Under the pieces are notes generated by a model. That model worked only from the letters and a program-made list of their open reading frames with translations. It was not told where the DNA came from and did not search any database. A stretch of 62,301 bases of DNA, counting the filler, from Nemertoderma westbladi (Eukaryota > Animalia > Xenacoelomorpha): the NCBI GenBank assembly GCA_032718475.1. It is 3 parts of 3 records of this genome, joined end to end, with 100 filler letters (N's around TTAATTAATTAA, not from the genome) between each part and the next. Parts side by side here need not be neighbours in the genome. Positions count along the whole stretch, not along the records: positions 1 to 16,691 come from JAUCBJ010003562.1; positions 16,792 to 41,413 come from JAUCBJ010003974.1; 1 more part is not named here. One strand, written 5' to 3'. Shown here in pieces: positions 12,900 to 22,869 of this stretch. Within the stretch, counting starts at the first letter, position 1. Each line of letters opens with the position of its first letter. The translations under genes were made by a program, and so were the position numbers.

Positions 12900-13660
12900 A
12901 TATATTCAGTATCGTGATTTTTCAAAATTTAACGAACAGCAATTTATAACAAATCTATTATTGGGAATTGACTGGTTTCCAATTTATACTATGGTTGACA
13001 TCGATACTGAATGACTTACTTACTTTGAACAACTAAACAGTGTGACATCACTGAAATACAAATACAAATATAAACCGCACAAAGAAAACTATGTGGGGCG
13101 AGCCACGTAAGTACACGTGCGAAGGGGTATAATTAGTGGACTGTCTGTCGTCGTCATCTTCGTAAATTTTTGAATGCTAATAAGTCGGTGAATCATTGAT
13201 GAAATGGAACCAAACTTGGAACACATGTAGTCTTATCAAAAATTTAGAAGTTTTACAGAGAGACATACTTTTGCAGTTCCTCTGTCTGCCGCTAGGTTGC
13301 GAATGACTAGGTCCACCCCACTAACTGTACCTCTACGCAAAGCCTCATCTAGACTTACGTGCTGCGCGAAGTCCCCACGGTACGTATCTTATTTGCTAAA
13401 TGACTGGAAACTAACTCCAAAAACTATTTCAAGTTATCTAAAAATGTCAGAAACAAGTTTAATAATCTTAATAAAATTATTTAAAATCAATATGTTACGA
13501 AAATATTATACGACATGCACTTCAAGTAAGGAGCGGTGGAAGTAATAAATCAAATACTAAATAAATCAGCAGAAAAAATAACATTAGAAATTATTAGATA
13601 CAAGGGAATATTTTATACAGATCCAACAGAAATTACGTGGCTATTTAATGAAGTATACCT
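12900..13660 (+). mobile_element. Highly degenerate CR1/L2-group LINE ORF2 remnants
   Basis: RDFSKFNEQQFITNL..IDW and W..INQILNK..TDPTEITWLFNE motifs, broken by stops and an unrelated insertion. Confidence 0.45.
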
Positions 13661-14161
13661 TGATAGAGTGAGAGAAAGACGACCAGAGACAACAGATGAA
13701 CGAGAATCTCGTCCTGTATGTAAGTTACAAATGTTACCCATGGTAGATGGTACATAATATTCGCAATAATTTTTATTGTCCGTTTAAATCCTTTTTTTGT
13801 CCTTTTTTTTTATTTTTTATGTCCTCCAAAAGTCTAATGTTAGGTTCCATGCTACCGGTTTCTCTACTGCTGTTTTCTCAGGCTATCAGTACCGGTATTA
13901 GTATATATAGCACTATTTTGCTGTATTGTATGTACAGATGTAGGTATAAAGCAGGTATTTCTGTATTATAGTACCGGTACCGGCACCTGTACTGCTATAG
14001 GCCTACTGTGTAGCCTACCATTCAAATACGGTAATGGTAGGCCTACCGGTTGTGCTAATAAATTTTAAATAATTGATAGGCCAAACTGGATTGCAGGATT
14101 GTGGAAAATGTGGATATACCTTTCAAATAATTTAGGCCTATTACTGTATTAGTTTTATCGT

Positions 14162-14812
14162 CTCTGTAACCTGCTCCTTTCCCTCAATTAGTTAAATGAT
14201 CGTTTATTGTTTTGGTTAGAAAATCCCGCCTCTGTAACCTGCCCCTTTCCCTCAATTAGTTAAATGATCGTTTATTGTTTTGGTTAGAAAATCCCGCCTC
14301 TGTAACCTGCTCCTTTCCCTGAATTGGTAAAGTGACCGTTTATTGTTTTGGTTAGAAAGGCCCGCCTCTTTAACCTGCCCCTTTCCCTCAATTAGTTAAA
14401 TGATAGTTTATTGTTTTGGTTAGAAAATCCCGCCTCTGTAACCTGCTCCTTTCCCTCAATTAGTTAAGTGATCGTTTATTGTTTTTGTTAGAAAATTCCG
14501 CCTCTGTAACCTGTCCCTTTCCCTCAATTAGTTAAATGATCGTTTATTGTTTTGGTTAGAAAATCCCGCCTCTGTAACCTGCTCCTTTCCCTCAATAAGT
14601 TAAGTGATCGTTTATTGTTTTGGTTAGAAAATCCCGCCTCTGTAACCTGCTCCTTTCCCTCAATTAGTTAAGTGATCGTTTATTGTTTTGGTTAGAAAAT
14701 CCCGTCTCTGTAACCTGCTCCTTTCCCTGATTTGGTAAAGTGACTGTTTATTGTTTTGGTTAGAAAACTCGGCCTTAACCTGCTCCTTTCCATCAATTGG
14801 TAATTGTTTTTG
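14162..14812. repeat. 68-bp tandem array, about 9.5 copies
   Basis: Unit CTCTGTAACCTGCTCCTTTCCCTCAATTAGTTAAATGATCGTTTATTGTTTTGGTTAGAAAATCCCGC; starts at 14162, 14230, and so on. Confidence 0.95.
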
Positions 14813-15433
14813 GCTATAAAATGAGTGTTTTGCTACGTCATGTGGTAATCGATTATCGACAACAACCACAAACTATTAAATATAGAGTCTTTTTACCACA
14901 GGCGCATATGGAAATCTATCTCATAGTCTATAAATCATGGAATCATGGAATGTTTTGGCACAGGCATAGTGAAATCAACTGTCTGACAGTCCAGAAATCA
15001 GCAGTCTGACAGTTTGAAGAAATACATACATAAAAAGTCATTAAAAGGACAATAAAAGTCATTAAAAGGACAACAAAAGTCATTATGCATAATTCGTAAA
15101 AAAAAAATGACAAAAAAAGTCAAATAAAAGGACATAAAAAATCACTGCCCATAATATTGGCTATGCCATTCTGTTAAAGCAATGATGAGAGTTCTACAAT
15201 TATGGTGTTACTAGCTATACTGTATATTTTACGGTTGATTAACTTACTACAGTATGTACGACGTATATTACAGTACAGTAAGCTTACATGGCGAAAATAA
15301 TTATCAATTATTGCATATGTGTTTAACATCCATAGATTGTATAAATTATTAAGTAATGAAACAGGATTAAGGATGATCCAACTCCATAGCAAATGGAGTG
15401 GAAAAAATGAATTCGCCACCAGCGGGGATCGAT

Positions 15434-15574
15434 GCCTCCGTGGTGTAGTGGTTAGCATTACCTGAACGTTTATCGGGAGACGCGGGTTCGATCCCAGCTG
15501 GTGGCGAATTCATTTTTTCCACTCCATTTGCTATGGAGTTGGATCATCCTTAGTCCTGTTTAATTACTTAATAA
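15434..15574 (+). mobile_element. tRNA-derived SINE-like segment with an inverted partial copy directly upstream
   Basis: A box TGGTGTAGTGG, B box GGTTCGATCCC, no proper acceptor stem. 15346-15432 is the reverse complement of 15488-15574. Confidence 0.65.
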
Positions 15575-15802
15575 ATTATTAATTATTATTTGCAGGCTAA
15601 AATGAATTATTTATAAATTATTTTTCGCAGGCCGAAGAGAAATGTATTCAAAGAAAAGGACGCCGAGACAGCAGTTGAACTTGCATGTACGTAAAATTTA
15701 AATTAAATTAAATTTATTTTTATATTTTTATTTATTCGAAATTGGAAATATTATGAAACTCAGTAGATAGACCATGATGTATATAACGTAGAATATTATA
15801 CG

Positions 15803-16691
15803 GCCGGTGTCACAAGGAAATCAGCCCCCCCTAGAATATGCCCCCCGGGGCATTATTTCCTAGGATATTATGTCCCCCCGAGCAATTTTTCCTAGGAAAT
15901 TTAGCCCGGGGGGGCATTTTCTCCTTAGGAAATAATGCCTCCTCTCAGGAAAATTAGCCCCCCTCAAAAGTCTGAAAACTGGTACGATACCGGTCTGCTG
16001 GTAGCCACTTTTAATCTACCAACTGCAGAACTTGTAATAGTTGGAAGAATAGTACGGTACCGGTCTGCCGGTAGGTAAGCAGGTAAGGCAGTAAGGGATG
16101 TAGAACAGCATACTGAAGTATCTAAGTCAGTAGGCTACTGTAGTAAGTACTGGTATAACAGCAGTGCGAGTGTGTGGTGTTGTGTGGGCGCCGAGCAGCT
16201 CCAAGCTTTTTTAAGTCTGTAACCTGCTCCTTTCCCTGATTTGGTAAAGTGATTGCTTATTGTTTTGGTTAGAAAATCCCGCCTCTGTAACCTGCTCCTT
16301 TCTCTCAATTGGTAATGTTATCGTTTATTGTTTTGGTTAGAAAATTCCGTCTCTGTAACCTGCTACTTTCCCTGATTTGCTAAAGTGACTGTTTATTAGT
16401 TTTGGTTAGAAAATCCCGCCTCTGTAACCTGCTCCTTTCCCTCAATTAGTTAAATGATCGTTTATTGTTTTGGTTAGAAAGGCATGCCTCTGTAACCTGC
16501 TCCTTTCCTTCATTTGGTAAAGTGACTGTTTGTTGTTTTGTATAATTTTTGTAAGTTTTAGTAGTAATAAGTTTTGTTTATTGTATAATTCAGGGGGGGC
16601 ATAATTTCCTAAGGGGGGGCATTTTTTCCTAGGGAAATTTGCCCGGGGGGGCATTTTTTCCTTGGAAAATATGCCCCCCCGGGCACATTTC
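15803..16691. mobile_element. Foldback-type non-autonomous element with C-rich/G-rich subterminal repeats; right end runs into the gap
   Basis: GGAAA..GCCCCCC modules at 15815-15965 mirrored by GGGGGGC..TTTCC modules at 16592-16691. Contains about 4.7 copies of the 68-bp repeat (16217-16540). Confidence 0.6.
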
Positions 16692-17087
16692 NNNNNNNNN
16701 NNNNNNNNNNNNNNNNNNNNNNNNNNNNNNNNNNNTTAATTAATTAANNNNNNNNNNNNNNNNNNNNNNNNNNNNNNNNNNNNNNNNNNNNTATTACATA
16801 AATTTTAAGAATACTGTGCCGTCTTGTCAACAAAATTGCGCCGCCGAAACTCCCATAACCCATCACCCATAACATTTTCTAGATCAAGCGCACCTTCAAG
16901 GCGGCCAGTCCTTTAAACCTATTTGGTCATTTTATATATTTTTTGTAATTTATCTGTATCTTTGAATCAAGTTTGTTGGCAAAACCGAGATTTCGTGACT
17001 TTTCCTAAAATGTAATGGGCTATCCAACCGAGCAAACGCCATTTACATGGCTATGTTAGTTTTCGTGCTGTGTCCCCTTTTTTTTCT

Positions 17088-17512
17088 AAGTCCGGCCCGG
17101 AGATACTATCTCAGGCCCGGAGATACTAAGTCCGGCCCGGAGATACTATCTCAGGCCCGGAGATACTAAGTCCGGCCTGGAGATACTAAGTCCGGCCCGG
17201 AGATACTAAGTCCGGCCCGGAGATACTAAGTCCGGCCCGGAGATACTAAGTCCGGCCCGGAGATACTAAGTCCGGCCCGGAGATACTATCTCAGGCCCGG
17301 AGTTACTAAGTCCGGCCCGGAGATACTAAGTCCGGCCCGGAGATACTATCTCAGGCCCGGAGATACTAAGTCCGGCCCGGAGATACTATCTCAGGCCCGG
17401 AGATACTAAGTCCGGCCCGGAGATACTAAGTCCGGCCCGGAGATACTAAGTCCGGCCCGGAGATACTATCTCAGGCCCGGAGATACTAAGTCCGGCCCGG
17501 AGATACTAAGTC
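17088..17512 (+). repeat. 20-bp array within a duplicated segment (16792-17512 repeats 17785-18387)
   Basis: Same units and same about 290-bp upstream flank as the array at 18079; abuts the assembly gap. Confidence 0.85.
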
Positions 17513-17721
17513 CTGTTCAGTGTATATTTACTGGGTAATATTAAATTTGTCAACTGTACGATACTGTAGTACACCATTTTGATACTGTAGTACACCATTT
17601 TGAATTGTATAATGGTGGTGCCTTAACTTGTTTTTAGCTGGTAGAATTAATAGGCTATCAAATATATGTATATTATTCATAACACATAACAAATTATCTC
17701 TTGTATATATATATATATATT

Positions 17722-17752
<31 letters not shown>

Positions 17753-18078
17753 AATCGAATGCTGAATTGCAGTTGTATTATATATATTACATAAATTTTA
17801 AGAATACTGTGCCGTCTTGTCAACAAAATTGCGCCGCCGAAACTCCCATAACCCATCACCCATAACATTTTCTAGATCAAGCGCACCTTCAAGGCGGCCA
17901 GTCCTTTAAACCTATTTGGTCATTTTATATATTTTTTGTAATTTATCTGTATCTTTGAATCAAGTTTGTTGGCAAAACCGAGATTTCGTGACTTTTCCTA
18001 AAATGTAATGGGCTATCCAACCGAGCAAACGCCATTTACGTGGCTATGTTAGTTTTCGTGCTGTGTCCCCTTTTTTTT

Positions 18079-18387
18079 CTAAGTCCGGCCCGGAGATACT
18101 ATCTCAGGCCCGGAGATACTAAGTCCGGCCCGGAGATACTATCTCAGGCCCGGAGATACTAAGTCCGGCCCGGAGATACTAAGTCCGGCACGGAGATACT
18201 AAGTCCGGCCCGGAGATACTAAGTCCGGCCCGGAGATACTAAGTCCGGCCCGGAGATACTAAGTCCGGCCCGGAGATACTAAGTCCGGCCCGGAGATACT
18301 AAGTCCGGCCCGGAGATACTATCTCAGGCCCGGAGTTACTAAGTCCGGCCCGGAGATACTAAGTCCGGCACGGAGATACTATCTCAG
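18079..18387 (+). repeat. Left subterminal 20-bp array, first part
   Basis: Units CCGGAGATACTAAGTCCGGC and CCGGAGATACTATCTCAGGC; split by the LTR element. Confidence 0.95.
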
Positions 18388-18996
18388 TGTTAGCTTATCC
18401 AATTCCGCTAACACAAACCCATAGAGTGAGCCATAAAGCAATATTGGGAGCCTATTGTCAGCCCAGTAAACGGGGACAATAGGCCCCAAAGGAGACACAC
18501 ACAATAAGGGTCAGGGGTTACTCCCCTGACAAGAGAGAGAACAGCAAGGGCGAAGGGAAGCACTTCAGAGGGGGGCAAAGGGTGCCAACAGGGGTATCAA
18601 CCAATCAGAGGGGGGAAAGGCATCGATTGAGTAGCAATAAGGCCACCGTGCAATATAACCAGTAACCTGTAATCATTCATTCAGTTTACTCAGTCAGATC
18701 AGTAGGGTGGAACGGGGACTTCTGTCACCGTCCGCTACCGCCATCATACTTATATTACCTGTTGTGTCATACTATATTATATACATATCAGACTATTATA
18801 CCTTATACATATAACCGGACACCAGAACTATTTTACCTTTCACATACGGCGGGGACGCGTGGATAGAAAACCCAACGGATAAACCGGGATCCGTAGATCC
18901 CGTCACAGTGACAGAACTAGATCCGCCCAGCTGCCCTGACAGAGATAGAATAGAGCTACCGTCCTAGCTAGCGACGACCAGCTACCAAAGACGACG

Positions 18997-21900
18997 ATGA
19001 GTCGAGAGAGAGGAACGACACCGCCGCGGACCCCGGACGACGATCTAACGATCCGCGAGGCCACGGCGAGACGATACGAACCCACGACGCCGATCGATGC
19101 TACGCCGACCACGTCGACGCAGGTTGACGCCACGTCGACAACGAGCAACCCGACGAATCAAGATGTGGGGGGTCGTCTACAACCGGAGAGTGAGTCGAGG
19201 GAAGGAGACGAGAAGGGAGAAGAAGAGAAAGACGAGTCGACGCGGAGCGAGGGTCGACATACCGATGTCACCGGCCAGCCACAGGCCGAGGACGACGAAC
19301 GGTCCACCGGAACGGCGACGGTGGGGCCGTCGGTACGACGTCGGACCCGGAGAGATGAGGGAGATGTCGGTACCGATGTCGCCGGCCAGCCACAGGCCGA
19401 GGACGACGAACGGTCCACCGGAGGGGCGACGGTGGGGCCGACGGTACGACGCCGGACACGGAAGGATAGAGGAGATGTCGGCAACGAGGACGTCGGAGTC
19501 GGCGACCGGCTCCGACGAGCCTACCTCGCGACCCGAGAGCGACTGAGAGAGGCCAAAGGAGGGGCGAAGATAGACGAGGTGAGACTGAGGAAACGACTAG
19601 GTGAGTCGAATAGACACTTTGATTACCTAATGCGTTTTGGGCAGAGAGAACTAGCCGAGGAGAGGGCGAGGGGAGTTGCCAACGAACTGATCGAACTATG
19701 GGAATGTGGGGGTATGGAACCTAGCGTAGTGTACGTAGGGCCATACTTAGTCGATGCCCGGGGAGTTAAGTTAGTGGGTTGGAAGAGACCTGGGGAGGGC
19801 GAATCCGAGGTTAACTCCGAGGATTCGGTCTCGTCGGTCGGAGGAAGTTCCGGGAGGCGGGGGAAAGTTAGTGGGACGGAGGGGCGGCGGGAGTCCGTCG
19901 CAACCGATAAGTCTGCTACATCCTCCGTAAAAGAAAGACGGGTGCGAGAGAGTGAACGCATGGCGTATAAATTAGAAATGGTTGCGACAGAGCAGAATGA
20001 GTTAGAGAGACGATTGAGAGAGGGAACCGCATTCTCAGAGAAGGTAGGAGAGTTGGAGAGGGAGTGTAGAGAGAGGGCCGAGAAGTGTAGAGAGGGAGCC
20101 AAGGAGTGTAGAGAGCGAGAGATAGGAGTAGAGAGCGAGCCGGCGAGGCGGCTTGAGATGCTTGCGAGAGAGGCAGAGTTGGCCGAGCAGAATATGCGAG
20201 AGATGGGGATAGAGGGTGAGCGCAGGCGGGATGATTTGCGTGCTCAGCTAGGGAGGCTTGCGCAATATCAAGCCAAATTAGACCAGCGCCGACTAGAACT
20301 GGCGCGGTTGGAGATATCAGAGAGTGAGCCCCCACTTACAGGCACCGGGCGAGAGAGCCAGAACTGGTGTAGCCGTACGGGCGGGGGGTGTAGTAGTAGT
20401 ACGTTAGAGACAGTTAATGTTAATAGTACCGTAGTAAATAACCCTAATCCCTTTATTACAGGAAATAATATTTTACCGGGTAGTAGTAATTTAAATTTAA
20501 ATACAAATATTCTAAATAATAATTTCAATTCAAACCCGCAAAATAATTCGAATAATAATTTAAGTTTAGAGAATAGTAGTGATCTAAGTAATTTAAATAA
20601 TTTAAATAATAATCCCGTTTCAAATTCTAATAATTTAATTGATTTAACAAATAATATTGGGAATGGTGCTATTAATATGAGCGTGTCGGACGTACATAAC
20701 CCGGCAGACGGTGGCCTGGTAGGCCACGTAGTTAGTAGGCAGGAAGTGGCAGGGCTGAGCCAACCCGACGGCGGCCTGGTAGGCCACGTAGTTGGTAGGC
20801 AGGAGGTAGCGGGGTTGAGCCAACCCGAAGTGGGCCTGATGGGCCACGCAGTAGTAGAGAGAGAGGCGGGGGTGAATAGACCCAGCCGTAGTAGAGACAG
20901 TGCGTCGACTAGAGAGGGGTGTAGAGACGAAGTAAGAGATAGTGAAGTTAGATGTGGCGAGTGGGGGGGGGCTACCGGCGCCCCACCACGTAAGACTAGT
21001 GGCGAGAGAGGGGGGGCAGAGAATGCCCCACAAGAGGGGTGTAGAAGTGTAGTAAGAGATAGTGAAGTTAGAAGTGGCGGGTGGGGGGGGGCTACGGGCA
21101 CCCCACCGCGAGAGATTAGTAGAGAGAGAGGGGGGGCAGAGAGTGTCCCACAGCCGTCAGCGGATAATGCGCGGGCCGAATCAGGTAAACCGCAACAACC
21201 GGCGACGGAGAGTAATAGGGGGATTGCGAGTATCCCCAGCGGCGTGCGATCGAGCAGAGAGAAGCAGGTTGACGTCGCGAGAGGGCAGACGAAGCGTCGA
21301 GCCCGACCAGAAGAGGGAAGAAGAACAGTGGAGTTTAACCGGGAGGTCGACGAGAGATCTCACGAGCCGGAATACTGCACTGAAAAGAGAAGAAGAGGAG
21401 ATAGTAGAAAAGGTGTCGCCACGAACGATAGGAGTGCGAGGACGGATAACGGACCGTCGACAGTAGAGATGGAGTCAGGGAGCCAGTGGGGTCGAACTTC
21501 GGGAGATTGCCGTCGCCCCGGAGAAACGCACCGCACGCCAAGAGAGGGGTACAGGAGGTACCAATACAAAGTCGAGAACAGGAGAGGGGATCGAAGAGAA
21601 GCTTCCCGACGGGATATAGCTGCCGATCGAGAGTGCAGTAGTCGCGGGGAGATTCGAGATTCGCGAAGAATAAACTTCGGTTCGGAAGGGCACATGCAGA
21701 CTGCAGGACATACTGTAGGCCTTACTGCACATACTATTATAGGCCATGCTGGGAGAGATAGAGTAGGCGATGGGGTAGCGCGAACGACGGGATTAAACCC
21801 GGAAGTCGCGGAGTACATACCGGTAGGTAGGCGAGAGGTAGGTAGGCCTATATCGGTACAGCAGCATGACTATAATACACAGGGACATAACATATATCCA

Positions 21901-22845
21901 GGGGAGGGGGGAGTTATTGGAGATAGACGTATGGGCCCCAATGTATTAACATCAACCCCAGTACCAAACATACCGGCCGGGGGGGGACAGGGTGACATTC
22001 CCCCATCACAATATCGACAATATACCCCGATAGGAGCAAGAACATCGAACTCCCTGGACGAGAGCAGGTCGTGCGGACAGTCACCACCACACGCGGCCGT
22101 ACAGGGGACTGCTAGTCCACAGTTAGGTGGTAGCAGGGCCACACCGTGGCAGGGACAGAAAGAAAATAACACCAAAAATAAACACAATCCCAATATACCC
22201 AGTAGGCCGAGTCTAGACAACCAAAACATTAAATCGGTACATATAAACCTAAGCGCGATACGTGAAGGACTATACAGGAAACGCTATAATCCAGGATTCC
22301 AATGTCAATTACATCGGGACGGAACCCATAAGACCAGGAGTTGCAAGTACTGGCAAGCGTTGCCCAAACGAGATCGTGTAGCCTACACAGACGCAAACGG
22401 ACTATGTCATCGATGTGTGGTAAAAGGACACAGATCCGGAGAGTGTTGGAAAGGGAGAGGATATGAAAGGACTAAACCAGGGGCAGAGAAGCCCATTAGC
22501 AAACATAAGGGAGTCGGGAAAGTAGGAGGAGGCGTGTTGCATACACACGCAGGACGGACACAGTGCGAGGGGGCATTACATGGGCAGACACCGCGTGTAC
22601 CAAGGAACGAGCGGGGGTCGTCGAGGGCTCTAATGCCAGCGCACATACGAAGGGGGAGGCCAGCAAAGGTAGCACCGAAGAGAGTGTGGCGAAGAGTTAG
22701 AGGACGTATAGGAGGGCAGCAGGAGAGTGCCTACCGGAAGGAGGGGCACCTGAGAGTGTTTAGTCGTCCAAAGTTTTGGACTGAGGGGGGTGGGAATGAG
22801 GGCGAGACGCCCTTCCCACGCACAAAATATAAAATAATTATTTAA
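18997..22845 (+). CDS. Gag-derived 1282-aa protein of the LTR element
   Basis: Charged coiled-coil segment, Asn-rich tract, and BEL-type Zn knuckles CQLH..H..C and CHRC..GH..EC near the C-terminus. Homologous to the fragmented gag at 41.8-46.1 kb. Confidence 0.75.
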   Translation: MSRERGTTPPRTPDDDLTIREATARRYEPTTPIDATPTTSTQVDATSTTSNPTNQDVGGRLQPESESREGDEKGEEEKDESTRSEGRHTDVTGQPQAEDDERSTGTATVGPSVRRRTRRDEGDVGTDVAGQPQAEDDERSTGGATVGPTVRRRTRKDRGDVGNEDVGVGDRLRRAYLATRERLREAKGGAKIDEVRLRKRLGESNRHFDYLMRFGQRELAEERARGVANELIELWECGGMEPSVVYVGPYLVDARGVKLVGWKRPGEGESEVNSEDSVSSVGGSSGRRGKVSGTEGRRESVATDKSATSSVKERRVRESERMAYKLEMVATEQNELERRLREGTAFSEKVGELERECRERAEKCREGAKECREREIGVESEPARRLEMLAREAELAEQNMREMGIEGERRRDDLRAQLGRLAQYQAKLDQRRLELARLEISESEPPLTGTGRESQNWCSRTGGGCSSSTLETVNVNSTVVNNPNPFITGNNILPGSSNLNLNTNILNNNFNSNPQNNSNNNLSLENSSDLSNLNNLNNNPVSNSNNLIDLTNNIGNGAINMSVSDVHNPADGGLVGHVVSRQEVAGLSQPDGGLVGHVVGRQEVAGLSQPEVGLMGHAVVEREAGVNRPSRSRDSASTREGCRDEVRDSEVRCGEWGGATGAPPRKTSGERGGAENAPQEGCRSVVRDSEVRSGGWGGATGTPPREISRERGGAESVPQPSADNARAESGKPQQPATESNRGIASIPSGVRSSREKQVDVARGQTKRRARPEEGRRTVEFNREVDERSHEPEYCTEKRRRGDSRKGVATNDRSARTDNGPSTVEMESGSQWGRTSGDCRRPGETHRTPREGYRRYQYKVENRRGDRREASRRDIAADRECSSRGEIRDSRRINFGSEGHMQTAGHTVGLTAHTIIGHAGRDRVGDGVARTTGLNPEVAEYIPVGRREVGRPISVQQHDYNTQGHNIYPGEGGVIGDRRMGPNVLTSTPVPNIPAGGGQGDIPPSQYRQYTPIGARTSNSLDESRSCGQSPPHAAVQGTASPQLGGSRATPWQGQKENNTKNKHNPNIPSRPSLDNQNIKSVHINLSAIREGLYRKRYNPGFQCQLHRDGTHKTRSCKYWQALPKRDRVAYTDANGLCHRCVVKGHRSGECWKGRGYERTKPGAEKPISKHKGVGKVGGGVLHTHAGRTQCEGALHGQTPRVPRNERGSSRALMPAHIRRGRPAKVAPKRVWRRVRGRIGGQQESAYRKEGHLRVFSRPKFWTEGGGNEGETPFPRTKYKIII

Positions 22846-22869
22846 TTAAATAAAAATAATTAAATAATA

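Noticed and set aside
15434-15510. Possible tRNA gene
   Set aside because: A and B boxes are present but there is no acceptor stem or clean anticodon arm; treated as SINE-derived.
16692-16791. TTAATTAATTAA inside N runs (also at 41414-41513)
   Set aside because: Identical in both gaps; a scaffolding spacer, not biology.
16792-17512. Apparent second left end of the transposon
   Set aside because: Near-identical to 17785-18387 and starts exactly at a gap. Probably an assembly overlap or haplotype duplicate, though a real duplication cannot be excluded.
18031-18066. TACGTGGC at 18037 as the true left terminus
   Set aside because: Only weakly matches the right end TACGGAGC, and the flanks GCCATT and CACCCA do not form a TSD.
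19097-22646. Many alternative-frame and antisense ORFs over the gag region
   Set aside because: Shadow ORFs from GC-rich, purine-biased sequence; no recognisable motifs.
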